Positions 41,301 to 55,607 are shown, numbered from the stretch's first letter. The stretch: DNA of 61,773 nt from Octopus bimaculoides (GCF_001194135.2 NC_068982.1:2706146-2767918), one strand, 5' to 3'. The notes: generated by a model not told the origin, from the sequence alone. Numbers and translations are program-made.

Positions 41301-44009
41301 ATATTAAGAAGCTGCAGTTAATTAACTACCAATTACATCATCACTAATTATAGAACTGCATGATTATCACCTTTGGTTGGTTAAGTACCATTGAGCTTCA
41401 CAATAATCACCTGTTGATTTGGTTTGATTAGTTAAATATTACCAAGGCTGAACGAACCCCACCAGACGGTTTTAATATCAATTGAGCTTCCTAATCTTCA
41501 CCAGATGATCACTGAGCTTGTATGATCCTTATACATTCATACTACGTAGAAAGATTATGAGAGATCGGCATTTAGATTACGTATGCCTGTAGATGCACAT
41601 AAATACTCATACATGTATATATTCATTTGCAATATACTCACTTAGTTTATAATGAAGTTTATGATTTACAATCTTATATTTTAAATGCTTGGAAATATTC
41701 CTAACTTATAAATAAAATAGTTCCCACACTTCATCAATGCATGTCATTTAAAAAAAAATCTAAAGCATTGGATACGGATATTATTATCTCATGAATTGAA
41801 CGTATATTGATTATAATTCAATGTTTTCTTCAGAATTTTTACTAGTCAACGTATCATATTTATGAATATGTATATTGTCCAAAAGTGATAAACATATTTG
41901 TAATTTTACATATACAGTTACCCTGTACATGGTTTAGAGCAGCGAATTCATTAATAAAATAATCGGTCGATATTGTTATGATCCACTATCAACAGATAAT
42001 TTAGATCGATTAAATGAGTAACTACAATTTTGTTAGTATTTCCCACTATGTATATTTTGCAGATCAGTTTGTATCACATCGTTATAAGTATTAATAAGTG
42101 CGTGTGTAAATGTGTTTGTAGCACATTATTGAATATCTTTGCGAATCCCCTGTTTACATTACTATGTTCTGATTTGATACTTAGGCCTGAACTATGATTC
42201 CCTTATTTCCGATTAATAAATACAGAGCAGAATAGTTACAACACAAGTCACAGTCAATATTGCAAGCCTGGCCTTATGAACAGGTATGTATATAATCATA
42301 AAACTTATTAGGGGCACATGCATGATTATGGGTACAGCAATGAACAAGTGCAAAGCCCTGTACGCGTCCAGTTCGAAGCACGAGGTTCTCCGTCAGACCG
42401 CTGAAGCTCTTTCAGGGAATATATTATAGTATTCAATTTATAGCAGTAGGGACATTGAAATAACGTAGAAGAAATCAGTGGAGTTGTGTTGGATCGTCTA
42501 TCAACGTTCTTCAGGAGAAGATCGGCTCAAATATCTCCTGCTGACTCTTAGATTTGTTTAGTGCTTCTACTGTTTTGTGCAAGTTCAAAGTATAACACTT
42601 GTCTCGTTCATTGATTTTTTTCTTTCTTTTTGTCTTCACCATCTGCAGAATCATTGCTACTACTGTTGTACTTCTCTCTTACCTATACAAAATGTATGTT
42701 TCATACAGCCGTCTGTATTTCTCACTTTCAATAAACTGTATTGTCAAAATTTTACTCAGTACAATTAAGCTACAATATGGAGTGACAGAAATGGTAGCAC
42801 ACTATATTAATGCTTTCACATTTTTCAGTTTTGTTATTTCTATGTTCTGAGATTAAACAATACAAATATCAGGAATTGTCATTATTTGTTTGATAATGAC
42901 AATCTGCATTTCATGAGGATAAGAGTAACGAAAACGAAATAGCAACAAAAATGTATGATTACATTCCTTTTAAATTAATTGATGTTTCGGAAAAATGTTT
43001 CCCAAATAATAAATGGAATGGATGTGTAATGAATTTATAAGCATCGTACTGCTGAACAGGAAACATGAGAATGGCGGCAAAAGAAATTGGCTGAATGATT
43101 TCTAAATTATTGATGACATTCCATGTGGAGAAAACTATACAGGACGTTACTACCGTAAATGGTTAAATAATAATTAGGACTACTCTTTCAATATTCTATT
43201 TAACTTTTTTCTGCTCGATTAACATTTACAAAACCCATTACCCTCTTTTGCATCATATATACAGATCAGATCGGAACAGGAAGTATCTAAATATTTAGAC
43301 AAAATTACGACTATTTGTATTATATTATTTACTTATTTATTATATTTTTGTGCAATAACGGAAATTGTTCAGACGTGGTTGATGCTTTGAGGAATGTTAC
43401 CTTTCCAGGTTGAATTTCCGGAAAATATGGACGTTACAGAATTTAATTTAAATGAAAACTGAATAATAGAACATAAATACCAATGCATTAATAAAACAAT
43501 ACAATAAACACAACAAAAATACGAGAAACAAAAGTATCTGCAGAGTAGAAATGCTTAACAACCCCGTATCACATTAATTTCATTTTAAACATGAATAAAT
43601 TACTTTACGTTATTATTAATGGCGCAGTTTCTTTTACAATGTTAGCATACTTTTTTTTTTGTTTTTTGGAGTTATCCTTTGGAATTCAACTTTTCCTGAC
43701 ATAGTTGCAATTAATTTCGAATGCTGCTGAGATTAATATCGATAGTGGATATAAGTTGAGTATTTTTCATAGCGATGTTTATTCTGTGCATAATGAAAAA
43801 CAATCAATAAGATAAAAGAAAGCTGAGCCAACTATGAAAGAATGTCTAGTACTTCTCAGTAAACAATCAATTTAAATGTGAGTCATTAGTAGATCTGTAG
43901 ATTACGAAACATATAAGCTATTAAGCCAATATATATTTCAGTATTTAGTTCTTTACATTCCCAACTCAGTGGTTGCTGCAACATTCTCTAAGGTTTTTAT
44001 CACGTGATC

Positions 44010-44263
44010 ACGAGACCAACCAGATTATCGGATGTTGTGACACCTTGCTGGACACAATGCGCTTTGCATCATTTTAACCATCTAATGACACCAGCTGGTT
44101 GGTTAGGTGAGCAGGTCTACAACGTCTTGATCGAAGGGGGACTGGAGCAATGTGAAATGAAGTGTTTAGCTCAAGAACACAACAAACCGCACGGCCTGGG
44201 AACCGAACCCACGATCTAGTGATCATGAGGGCAACAGCCTAACCACTAGACCACACGCCTTTA
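44010..44263 (-). mobile_element. SINE family 3 head and CORE-like block with a different body (type b)
   Basis: Reverse complement aaggcgtgtggtctagtggttag...gggttcggttccc...ttgtgttcttgagctaaacacttcatttcacattgctccagt, then sequence unlike 36400+. Confidence 0.8.
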
Positions 44264-46314
44264 CAAGGCCTTTATAAACGTGCATATTGTTGTTTTCTGT
44301 TCTCCTCTAGGACCAGATTCAAAAACACATCTAGCATTCGGGCATTGCGTAAATTCACATACAGGGAGTGTAATCCGATTAAGGACATATTTAGCAATTT
44401 AATAAAACAACACTACCCTCAAGAAAAACCAAATGGGTTTTAAGGAACTCGGTGCACATGATCTCGATAAGCTTTCTTATGATTTTAATCCATGAATTCG
44501 CCATCAGCTTCCGCAACTCCTTCAATTCGAGACTATAATCTTTGATATGCCTCCAACAAATGCCATTCATGTTAGCCATCACTCGAACAATAGCAGCCTT
44601 CAGTAAGAATGTCACTTAGTCTCCCTTTCAATACTACAAACCTAATAGTCTATGGGGGTTAATATCCGCTCACATGTTTCGTGTTTCTTTTTCAGATTAA
44701 GTTACATAATTTTTGCATGACTGTGTTGTTTCTTGTTAAAACACGTATGGCCTCTCGCAGCAAACGGCGACCATCCGGGACTTACACGCTCTCTACCGCA
44801 CTTTAACGTATGCAGAAGCCTTGATTCTAACACCTTGTGAAATTATGTGGGTTTTATATGATATGACCATTATTATTTGCCACTCCATCAAAGTTGCTGG
44901 AAACTTAGAGTACATGATTCTGGAGATATCAGACATATTCATAGATAACTGTCATCTTCACAATATGGTTTTTGTTCTAGGACGAATTTTCCTCTGTCGA
45001 GAAGCAGGACAGGACGTGTTTGATAGGGTTATTAACCTCGTTAAAAAACTGTTTGGCATCGATTAAACGGTTTTCATGTGTTTTGATAGACGTGAATTCA
45101 TGACGTCTGCACTAACTAGAACAATTATCAAATACATACAAGAGTAAGGAAAAAACAGTATACCAGCAATAAAATGCTAAGGGAGATGAACATGTCCATC
45201 GTGAGGATTGCCTTCCCATCCTCTGTCAGCCGGGACAGGAAGGCAGCTTTCGTATGCCTTGTGGTTATGGTGAAAGACGTTGGCTGGTTGACGATGTTGA
45301 AAATATTGAAGGCAGACACTTTCCACTTCTGTCAAGCACTCATCGACGTTTTAAAGTTCCACTTGAATAGAAAAATGAGGGTGGAAGTGTAGGTGCTGTT
45401 CACCAGTATATTGTGGTCAGATGACCCGTGAGAATGGGCCTATCTGAGCATGCACATGTAATCCGAAAGGCATAAAGACGAAAGCGTGCCTGCATCAAGT
45501 GCGATTGGAGATCGGGGTGACTTAAATGTGTGGGGTTCCTTACTTGACGATGGGTGAAAATTCCCCATTTTCAGGACTTACATTGTTTAATGTTATTGTC
45601 AATTGTAGTTCTTTTCTCGTTTACCTGTGCTACATAAAACCCAAAACTGTCCTTTGTTTGTGTTTCGACCATTTTGTTTTGTGTGCAGCACTTGCGGCCA
45701 ACGAAAAAAGAAGAGAATTATCAACTTCATAATTATAACAAAAATATCCATCAAAACAATAATTTATCTTGCTGGATGTTTGTTTTTATATATATTTCTC
45801 TCACATATTTGATATTATATATATATATTTTTAGTCTTTTATCAATTAGTTTTATTTTTATTTTTCATTTTTTTTCTTTTGAAATTGATACGTATGTTAA
45901 CATTTTATTTTATGTTTATTTCTTTTTTGTTATATTATAAAGACTTTAGCCAGGTGACTCATTTACTCTGTTCATGTTTATTGCTATTTATCATGTTCTG
46001 TCTGTGATTTGTTTCCTTTTTATCTGTTTTCGGTCCTAATTCATATAATTTATGCATTACTCTGCGTTTCCATTTTTCATGTTATCTTTTTCATGGTTTC
46101 TTATTTGTCTTTAATTTTGTTTATTTTAACATTATTTCGACTTTTGTTCTATGTCTCCGGATGGTCTTACATTTATAAAAACTATAAGATTTGTATTTTC
46201 AATCTACATTTAAATTTCAATATCTTCCTTTGATTTGTCAAAAATCAATGAAACAATTCTAATGAACGATTCGAAATGTCAGCAAATGGAATACTGCGAT
46301 CATTCCAATAGTAC

Positions 46315-46372
<58 letters not shown>

Positions 46373-47235
46373 CAATGTTTAATCTCCCTCGATTACATGT
46401 GTCATTTTTACTGATATTGTTGTTCATGCTGTTTTAGAGAACAAAGCATTCTTGTTAATTATCTGCTTTCGGGGTTGATGGCGACAACCTCCGCTGTTTT
46501 TGCAATATCTTGGACTTCTTGATTTCGAGATTCCTGTCGCTTTTGCTGTTGTAATTGGTCTCGATGTGTTAGTAACAAGAGAACTTTCGGCGTCTTTGCG
46601 GGTGGACGGAAATGTTTTCATGGTTGGCCCTACAGCATGAGCAACACCTCGCCTTCCAGCCTTATAGCACAACGCTGGTTGGTTCTCTGCGTTCTGTATA
46701 CATAATCGGCTTGTCTATCAAATTTTCAGATGGAAACAACATCTATATTTAATCGCTATGAAGTTCCCCTGAGTGCCAATCGTGCTGAAATTAGTTTACT
46801 ATAATATTACATTATTACGGTGAAATATTTCAAACCCGATCTTTCTGTCACTTTTGAGAATATCACATTATTTATACTATGACAAACTCGATAAGAATTC
46901 TTCTGAGGAGCGCGTATTTAACTTCTACTTAAGTGCAGGGCCCAATACCAGTTCATACAGTCCTTTTCTCCCCTCATGGTATATCGCACCCCAAAACTCT
47001 ATGAAGCACTCGGCATGTTCTGGGATCGGATTGTTCACATTGTTTATTTTGTTGATAAATTATAGATTAAGGACCTACTCCTTATCACGTCATCCACTTT
47101 CGTAGCATGGCCACGAAAATCAATTTTATACGGTCGTCTGCATATTTTTTCTTTGCTGAAATCATTCTTAAGTGTGTGTTAAATCCACCGTCGCTTTGCC
47201 AAACAGCTCCTATTTACCAGGCAAATGGAAGCGTT

Positions 47236-47323
47236 TTTGTTGTTGTTGTTGCAGTTGTTGTTGTTGTTGTTGTGGTGGTGGTGATGACGGCGGCGGCGGC
47301 GGCGGCGGCGGTGGTGGTGATGA

Positions 47324-47352
<29 letters not shown>
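47236..47352. repeat. (GTT)n-(GGT)n-(GGC)n compound repeat with an internal ~39-bp tandem duplication
   Basis: gtggtggtgatgac(ggc)n occurs twice; the only strongly GC/CpG-rich tract in the window. Confidence 0.9.
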
Positions 47353-47354
<2 letters not shown>

Positions 47355-47886
47355 TTCGTTACTATAATTTGTCGTTTAATATTCTATTTTGAATGTCATT
47401 TTTGCACTTATCCTTCTCAAAATTGTTTCTGTCGTCCTTGAAATCGAGATCAGTGATTTTGTTCTTGTGGTTGCTACCTGCAACACAGCATTGGCTGACG
47501 TAGCACGGAAGCTCCATAGCGAAATGCTACTCAAAATATCTCTCCTTTTCCTTTATAGTATCACCGCCATTTTCTTCGTTCTCTCTCCCTCTCCCTCTCC
47601 TTATTTCACTCTTTCCTGTTCTTTATATTTATTTCTCGACTAATATTATTGTTTAATTAGTTGAAGATGTTCTAAAATTTTCTAAGAAAAATATTTGTTC
47701 TAACTAAAACAAACATCGTATCGGAAATCCCTTCTAGTATGGAAATATTATACGAAAAACGTCTTGTGAGCAGCCAGCAGATTCTTTCGTCTCTTCAGTT
47801 ATACAACAAAGAACGAAAACACACTCCTATTCAGTCTTGATTCCAGCACAAACTCCTGGCAGCCAAAATTATGGCTGTCTTGCCAT

Positions 47887-48065
<179 letters not shown>

Positions 48066-48067
48066 AT

Positions 48068-48460
48068 AGTGAGAGCGGTCTACTGGCAGCCTAAGACCAT
48101 GCTTTGGTCACAAATTGGAGGGTCAACGTGAGGAATGAGCAAGTGTCTTCAGTGTGCCGCATCAGTAAGAAAATGGACGACACCATTGCAGATATGGCGT
48201 ATGAATACCCTAAACTTGCCCAAAACCGCTACACGTTGTGGCGATACGATCAGGTAGCGAAGGTGTTACATTCGAAACAGCGTGAAAAGTGGGGGCTATA
48301 GAGAGTCAAACCGCAGAGAATGACTGAGTCGTAGACTTGTAAAATCCTCGGGTCAGGTGCTAGAGCATAACAGACCGGACCTAGTGGTGGTGGACAAGGC
48401 GCACCAATGTGCTATATAGTGGATGTTGCATGACCCTTTGTACCACGAAGAGCCAAGAAG
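48068..48460 (+). mobile_element. R4/Dong-type fragment (zinc knuckle and REL region), family C, decayed
   Basis: ESGLLAA*DHALVTNW...CRI...YPKLAQNRYTLWRYDQVAKVLH...LEHNRPDLVVVDK. Confidence 0.8.
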
Positions 48461-48499
48461 CTCAGGGCTCAAAGCAGAGACCTAAGGATTTTTAATTGC

Positions 48500-50665
48500 A
48501 GCACAAGACAGATACGGGAAGTCATCTCAATGGTCGACCTAAGGAGGGCACTAACGAAGCCTCTTAAGTGGAAATCCTCTGGTATTGATAGAGTACCAAA
48601 TTACTGGCTCTCATCACTCTCGTCCACACACAAAATGTTAGTAATACTATTTAATAGTATTATGAAAGTCCCAGAAAAAAAAACTCCCCATTGGATGGCA
48701 AATGGTATTACTTACCTCCTCCCCAAAAATAACGAAACCAAAGACCCAAAAAACTACCGGCCAATAACGTATTTGTCTACTACCTATAAGATTTTGACAT
48801 CTATTCTAGTGGAGAAAACATATACGTTTATGGAAGAGAATAACCTCTTTCCCACTAAACAAAAAGAATGCAGACGAGGCTCATACGGATGCAAAGATCA
48901 GCTCTTAACTAATCGCATGATCCTTGAGAACTGCCATAACAAGCGCAGAATTCTCAGCTCTTCGTGGATTGATTATAAAAATGCCTTTGACAGCATACCA
49001 CATTCGTGGATTCTGAAATCGCTGGACATTTTCAAAATTTCTTCTGTGATTTCAGATTTTTTTAAGTATAATATGTCACTATGGAACACAAAGCTGCAAT
49101 TATATCATTCTAATGGAGTATTGCGCTCAAACAATATTAGCATAAACTGTGGCATTTTCCAAGGTAACTCACTTTTACCACTAATTTTCTGCATAGCACT
49201 AATACCACTCTCAAGTGAACTGAATAGAACACAGTATGGCTACAAAATTGACAACAGAAAAGTAAGCCATTTATTTTATATGGATGATTTAAAGCTATAT
49301 GGCAAAGATGATGAAGAGCTTGAAGGACTCCTACATACTGTGAAAGGAATCAGTGATGATATCGGGATGGAGTTTGGCCTTGAAAAGTGTGCCAAAGCCA
49401 CTTTTAAGAAAATGAAACTGGTAAAGTCAAGTTCAATCGAATTAGAGGTCGAAACAGTAATAAAAGAACTTGAGCAGGAATAAACCTATAAATACCTAGG
49501 AATAAATGAAGGCTCTGGTATCCAGGATGCAAGCATGAATGTGAAGGTTAGGAAGGAATGTTATAGAAGAGTTCGAGCAGTTCTGAAGTCTGAGCTGAAT
49601 GCATATAATAAGGTGTTAGCCATAAATTCCTTAGCAGTCCCAGTTGTTCTTTATAGCTTCAATGTGCTTAACTGCAATACCAGTGAAATAATGAAAATTG
49701 ATAGAAAAATCCGCAATGAAAAATTAGCTAGCAGATGGGTACAGAAACCTCTGCATGGCAAGTATGTGGTCCTTAGCAAACAAGCTGATGTCGACCACAA
49801 ACACACACATCAATGGTTACAAAGCTCACGGCTAAAAGCAGAGAGTGAAGGTTTCATATTAGCTGCTCAAGACCAACGCCAATGTGATAAAAAATGGAGC
49901 TGACCCAAAATGCCAATTCTGTAACGATGGGATTGAAACTATAGACCACTTAAGCTCAGGATGTAGAGTCTTAGCACCTGTAGAATATAAAGCAAGACAT
50001 AACAGAGTCGGCCAGTATTTAAACTGGACAATATGTCGGCATTCCAAAATCAAAACCACTGACAAATGGTATAAACACCATCCTGAAGCTGTGACTGATG
50101 GAGAAAATGTGCCGATTCTCTGCGACTTCCCCGTACATACCGACAAATCTATAAAAGCTAATAAACCGGATATTATTATAAAAGATCAGATGAAAAGGAT
50201 GTGTTTATTAATTGACATAAATATTCATTGTGATCACAATATAGCGGGGGAGAGAATTTGACAAGATCAGCAAATATAAAGACTCGCTAATAGAAATTTA
50301 AAAAATGTGGCATCTCAAGGCGACTACTGTACCAGTGATTGTAGAAATTCTAGGAATGATTAAAAAATGTACTGAAACCTATTTCAAAATGATACCAGGC
50401 TTACCATCCCTACAGGAAGTGCAAAAAATCGTGTTAACTGGAACGACTCATGTACTGAGAAGAGCATTATCACTGTGAAAAAAAGCATCCATACATGAAT
50501 TTATATATTTATTAATTTTTTTACAAACATATTTTACCTGTGCATTTGCGTGTGTAAACTGCGAATGCATACAATGAGCTTTTCTGCCCTAGGTGTACGG
50601 AAAACTCTTGGAAGACAATTTGAAGAAAGCAGAAAAAAACAATAATAAAAAGAACAATAACAACA
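48500..50665 (+). mobile_element. R4/Dong-type (REL-encoding) non-LTR retrotransposon, family B, 5'-truncated
   Basis: RT, CCHC knuckle, PD..D nuclease and 3'UTR in order; ends in an A/AAC-rich tail; 3' end recurs at 60455-60827. Confidence 0.95.
48530..50478 (+). pseudogene. RT-CCHC-REL ORF of family B element (stop at 49481-49483, frameshifts near 49880 and 50255, internal deletion near 49715)
   Basis: KNYRPIT, WIDYKNAFDSIPHSW, GIFQGNSL, FYMDDLKLYGK, YKYLG, CQFC-x8-H-x4-C, RHN, NKPDIIIKD...LIDI, TTHVLRRALSL*. Confidence 0.95.
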
Positions 50666-51572
50666 ACAGCTAAGCAATAATATACTGTTCCTTATTAACC
50701 TTATTAACGGGGAAAGAGCATACAATAACTTATTACGGGAAATGGGTAGGTTGTGAAGAATCACAGAAATTGTCTTCGAGTGCCAACTTTTGCTAAGAAA
50801 ATAATATAGCTGTAGTCATGATACGGTTGTTTTATGTAAGGATTATGGACTACCATGAGAAAGATGTTGAGATAAAACAGACAATCATTGAATATTGAAA
50901 GAGTATTCTATCATAAGGTAGTCCACACATCTGGAGAGATCAAGGCTGAATATCGTTTTCTAAGTGACTTTTGATGCAAGGTATGATAATGGGTCTCTAA
51001 TGAATCTTTAGAATACACACAGAAGTTACGCAAGTATAAAATTCTATGAATGGTAATAATCAGAACGCGAGAACTGAAAACATTGAAGTACTTATTAAAC
51101 CAGTTACCTTAGGAATTATTGACCATTCCTGGACAGGCAGATATGCAGAACATAGAGACAGGAAACACTATATGCTGTAGAGTATTGTGAAGACAAGACA
51201 ATACATGAAACCAGCCAGGAAACACATCACTTCGGGCAACCAAGTATTATACAGCTCTGTTGTACAGTGAAATAAATGGGAACAGAGGAAGACACATGAA
51301 CAGAAATGAAAATGCAAACACACTAGGTGATGTTCATCAAATTAAAAGTGCGCGACGGATACGAAGGAAAAAAAGTGAAACAAAATCACAAACAGAGACC
51401 AGCAGTATAAGAAACTCACAAACACAATCAGAACTGTATATATTCTAGTGGGGGTGGGGGCGGGAAACTATCTCATGTATTCTGTGACAGTATTTGATGA
51501 ACGTGTTTTTACACCAGATCAAAAACTGAAAACAGAATGGCTCCAGGAATGGGACACTATTGATTATACCAA

Positions 51573-51579
<7 letters not shown>

Positions 51580-51622
<43 letters not shown>

Positions 51623-51718
51623 AAGCATTTATGCGTGTATGTGTGTATATATGTATATATGTATGTATGTATGTTTGTATGTATGTATGTATGTATGTAT
51701 GTAAGTATGTATGTATGT
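51580..51718. repeat. (TG)n/(TATG)n microsatellite
   Basis: Direct reading. Confidence 0.9.
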
Positions 51719-53367
51719 AGAAGAAGATATGCATTGTGCCCGCCAACAGCATATAAGACATGTCAAAATATACGCTAGTAGTTCTGGTTCATCATAACAG
51801 GATTTATATATCTGCGAAAGAAGCAAGAACACAGAGTATCTCAAGCGCTGAAGGGACTCTTGAAAATCGTTTGACAACATCCGACCATCTTGCATTGTGT
51901 TGATGCTGCGCCTAATTGTAGGAGACGCAAGTATAAGAAAGAAAATCCAGCCTGTCGTGTACTGCTGCAAAGAGATGGCATTATATAGCGAACAGGCAGC
52001 AAGTGAGATTAGTTTTATACGAATTGAGAGACGATACTCCAGATAGGATGATTAACTCTATCCCTATTCATTTGCCAAGCCTTGGTTCATTTGCGATTCT
52101 TGTTACTAATACGGCATCTCTGTATTAATGATTGCGAAGCCTACCAAATTTCTTTGTAACATTACTGAGAACGAAAACTGATTATGGTTTTAGGAAAATA
52201 TGCCAAAGTCAACGTAACAAGATAGAAAATACTTCAAACTGTGAAATTAAACATTAAATTGATATTGACACTGAAATCAAAGAATAAACCAGAGAATTCA
52301 TAAAATAATGATAATTATTAAGATTAAATTGATCAAATAAAGAAAGCACAGAAACAAAGAAAATATTCAGAATATTAGCAATACCGATGTGCTTCATAAA
52401 TATTAAAATCTGAAACTAAAACTAGAGACGCAAATCGTCCCATACCTAGACAATGGGTTCAACATAATACACAGCAATGAATTAAGAGTAGTGAAATACT
52501 TGGCCGTTTTTGATAAATTCGGTTGTTTATGATGCTTACACGCGTCTTTTCATGTCCAGTGTGAGACAAATGCATGATGCAGTACGCATTTGTTCCGTCG
52601 TCGATGCATAGCTCTCATATAATTTCACTCATTCAAAAGCTACACGTGGAACATTTTCTACTTAAGAAAAGGCTGAAAGTGATAGAACATGAATTGGAAC
52701 AGAAAAGCACGAAGTTCATAAATATAACTATGCTTGATATGGATACAACTGCAGACATGCTCTCACGCATGCACATATTATATAAAAATGTGTAACAATG
52801 CAAACACAAGATACCGCGCCGTCTGATGGAAGAATGTGTAACTGAGTGTAAATGTGTGTAATTAATACCAAAACGGATCTCAATGCTTGTCATAAACAAG
52901 CTTCATTTAAAGAAGCGTCCGAACAAACCGAGCAGAGTGATAAAATCCGGCACCATATGGGTACGATAGTCATAGTGGCGCGCAGAATCATGCACCAAAA
53001 ATGTGTGTGTGTATGTGTGCGTGTGTTTGTGTTTTCACACGCGTGTGCATGTGCATATGTAGCAGTGTGTGTATTTGTATCTACGTCGTAAATGGATGAA
53101 CATAGCTTCAAAAATAATGCACTTTGTGTCCTTCACACAGCAACAAAGCACCCTTCATACAGCATTAATGGTTTTTAACTCTTATTTCTTGCAATGGAAG
53201 TGTTTCGGCACCCACAGTCATAATTGGTGGCGATTGAAGTTTTCCTTTTTATAGTTACATCGCTTCTACCTGTTTATGTTAATTTATTGTCCGGCGGTCA
53301 GCATGACAGATCGGTAGCCGCTAAAATTTTTTGTTTTAATTTTCTCTCTCTGTTTATTTTTGTGTTC

Positions 53368-53403
53368 CTTTCTGTTGAAGAGCGTAGGCTCGAAACGTGA
53401 AAG
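53368..53403 (+). ncRNA. Second minimal hammerhead-like motif (variant core; cleavage triplet GUG, probably inactive)
   Basis: cttt-CTGTTGA-A-GAG cgtagg CTC-GAAA-CGT-G-aaag, in the same repeat context as 6772-6807. Confidence 0.5.
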
Positions 53404-53431
53404 ACTTTCTTACTTCTCAGCGTTAATCTAA

Positions 53432-53594
53432 TACTTAAATACAGAGGTCCCTATGCATGAAAGAGAGGGTTAGGTTTAGGGTGTCATTACACGTCCACAC
53501 AGCGTACATTTAAAATGTTTTGTATGTAACACCTGTAGTTTAGTAGTATCTCTGTATATAAGTAATAATGTTAAGGGACCTCTGTATTTAAGTA
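53432..53594. mobile_element. MITE with perfect 21-bp inverted ends (including flanking TA)
   Basis: tacttaaatacagaggtccct (53432-53452) / agggacctctgtatttaagta (53574-53594); interrupts the hammerhead-bearing repeat at a TA. Confidence 0.85.
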
Positions 53595-53653
53595 GTATCA
53601 ATTTCATTTCAACATTAAAATTTCGCAACACGAAGATTTGTCAGTGAACAGTA

Positions 53654-53690
<37 letters not shown>

Positions 53691-54639
53691 TCATTGTCTT
53701 TCATTTGTGTGTATGTGTATCTATGTGTGTGTGCGAGTGTGTCACTGTTGAAGTCGCTCGTGCACCTTGTTTGTGTATATATTGGCTGAGTGGTGCAGAG
53801 TGTTCGGAATCTGTGAATAAGGTACAAGTTTCGAGTACTTGTCGGTAACTTTTTTCTCATCGACTTCTAATAGCAATTACCAAACTTTCTAGGCTCTTCT
53901 CACAGCTATCGCGTGTTCAAAAATTATACGAGCATTTAAAAAAAATATTCCTTCAATAAATAATACATTAATAGAATAAACTGTCTGTTTTCCAAATAAC
54001 GAATGCAAACTTGAAAGAGAAATTGAGAGACTTTGCAAATGAGAATGAAATACTCCGCAGTGAATGCAATGAATATTTAAATTTGCGAGCCTACACACTT
54101 CAATAGAAAGGAATATGAGAATATGAAAAAATAAACAGAGAGAGAATAAAACGTGTGGCTTATGAATTTGTGTTGCAAGATTCTTGATGTGAAATTGTGT
54201 GTTGAAATCAGATATTGTTATACTTCGGTGTGGCATTGGGGGGGGGGGCAGAGGAACACACGTACTGTTAATACGTTCTTTACTCGTTTGATAATGTTCT
54301 TATTTTATCTTATGTCCATTGTTTGGAAATCTATCGGTACACATCTGTGACCTCTTCAACGACCCTTTCCATCCACGTGTATCATCCTGCTTATATCGGA
54401 GAGGAAGACAAGTGATGACTTGAATGAGAAGAACTAAGGTGAAATGAAGGAAAGAAACGACCAGCGGAAGGAACAGAAAGAACAGTGGAGGAAATCCATC
54501 CGATAACAGAAGTGGGGACGGGTGGTTGAAATTGAGGAAAGGACAGGCTTAAAACACTAGTGTTTGTAATCGGGTCATCACAAACGAACATTCTTTCATT
54601 GTATTTTTATGTCATATATTCTCCAAATATCCTTCTCTT

Positions 54640-54815
54640 CTGTAGGGGAGGGGGCCAGTCGATTACATCGACCCCAGTACGCAACAGGTACTTAATTTAT
54701 CAACCCCGAAATGATGAAAGGCAAATTCGATCTCCCGGTATTTGAACTCAAAACGTGAAGACAGACGAAATACCGCTAAGCATTTCGCCCAGCGTGCTAA
54801 AGTTTCTGCCAGCTC
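54640..54815 (-). mobile_element. SINE family 2
   Basis: agtcgattacatcgaccccagtac...tttgaactcaaaacgt...gacgaaataccgctaagcatttcgcccagcgtgctaa...tctgccagctc is the reverse complement of the family. Confidence 0.9.
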
Positions 54816-55510
54816 ACGGACTTAGATATTCTCCAAATATTGTGTTGAAATATGGTATGGCCAATTTACGCATTTAGTCCCCTTAAATCCTTAATATCTG
54901 GTCATTTGTGCTATCATACATCGTATGGGAATTGCATCAGAAGATGAATGAAATATCAGCAGTAAACATATTGTGATGGAGAGGTTGAGAAAGCCTTGGT
55001 GAGCTCGAATATAAAATAAAGATGGAGGGAGAAATGTGAGGTGAAAATAAAGATAAAATTAAGTTGAGTTATTTAAAGAGAAATAAAACTGAAGGCCGGA
55101 AGTAATTTCAAATGAAACTAAATTAAAGGAATTCTAAAATTTAAACCATTAAATAGATTACGGATTGCAATTTCGAACCAACATTATGATTTATAAAATT
55201 AACATTAACTAGAAATTAAAAGGATTAAAATACTTTTACAAATTTAACGGTAATACTAATACAATACAATGATAACAATAATAATAAAAATCATGACAAT
55301 AATAATAACAATGATAATAAGAATAATAAAATAAATAAATTACATAAATTCANNNNNNNNNNNNNNNNNNNNNNNNNNNNNNNNNNNNNNNNNNNNNNNN
55401 NNNNNNNNNNNNNNNNNNNNNNNNNNNNNNNNNNNNNNNNNNNNNNNNNNNNNNNNNNNNNNNNNNNNNNNNNNNNNNNNNNNNNNNNNNNNNNNNNNNN
55501 NNNNNNNNNN

Positions 55511-55607
<97 letters not shown>

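Noticed and set aside
44880-45700. LIM/testin-like words (KPYCEDD, CFVCSTC, CIKC)
   Set aside because: They lie on opposite strands in non-collinear order; treated as chance matches.
46424-46693. 90-codon open frame on the minus strand
   Set aside because: The upstream AG lacks a pyrimidine tract and no homology was recognised.
47172-47441. PolyAla/polyGly/polyPro-Gln frames and CpG-island-like composition
   Set aside because: Short repeat tract bounded by stops; no promoter or exon evidence.
50850-51450. Possible very old RTE remnant
   Set aside because: Only faint motif similarity; not supportable by eye.
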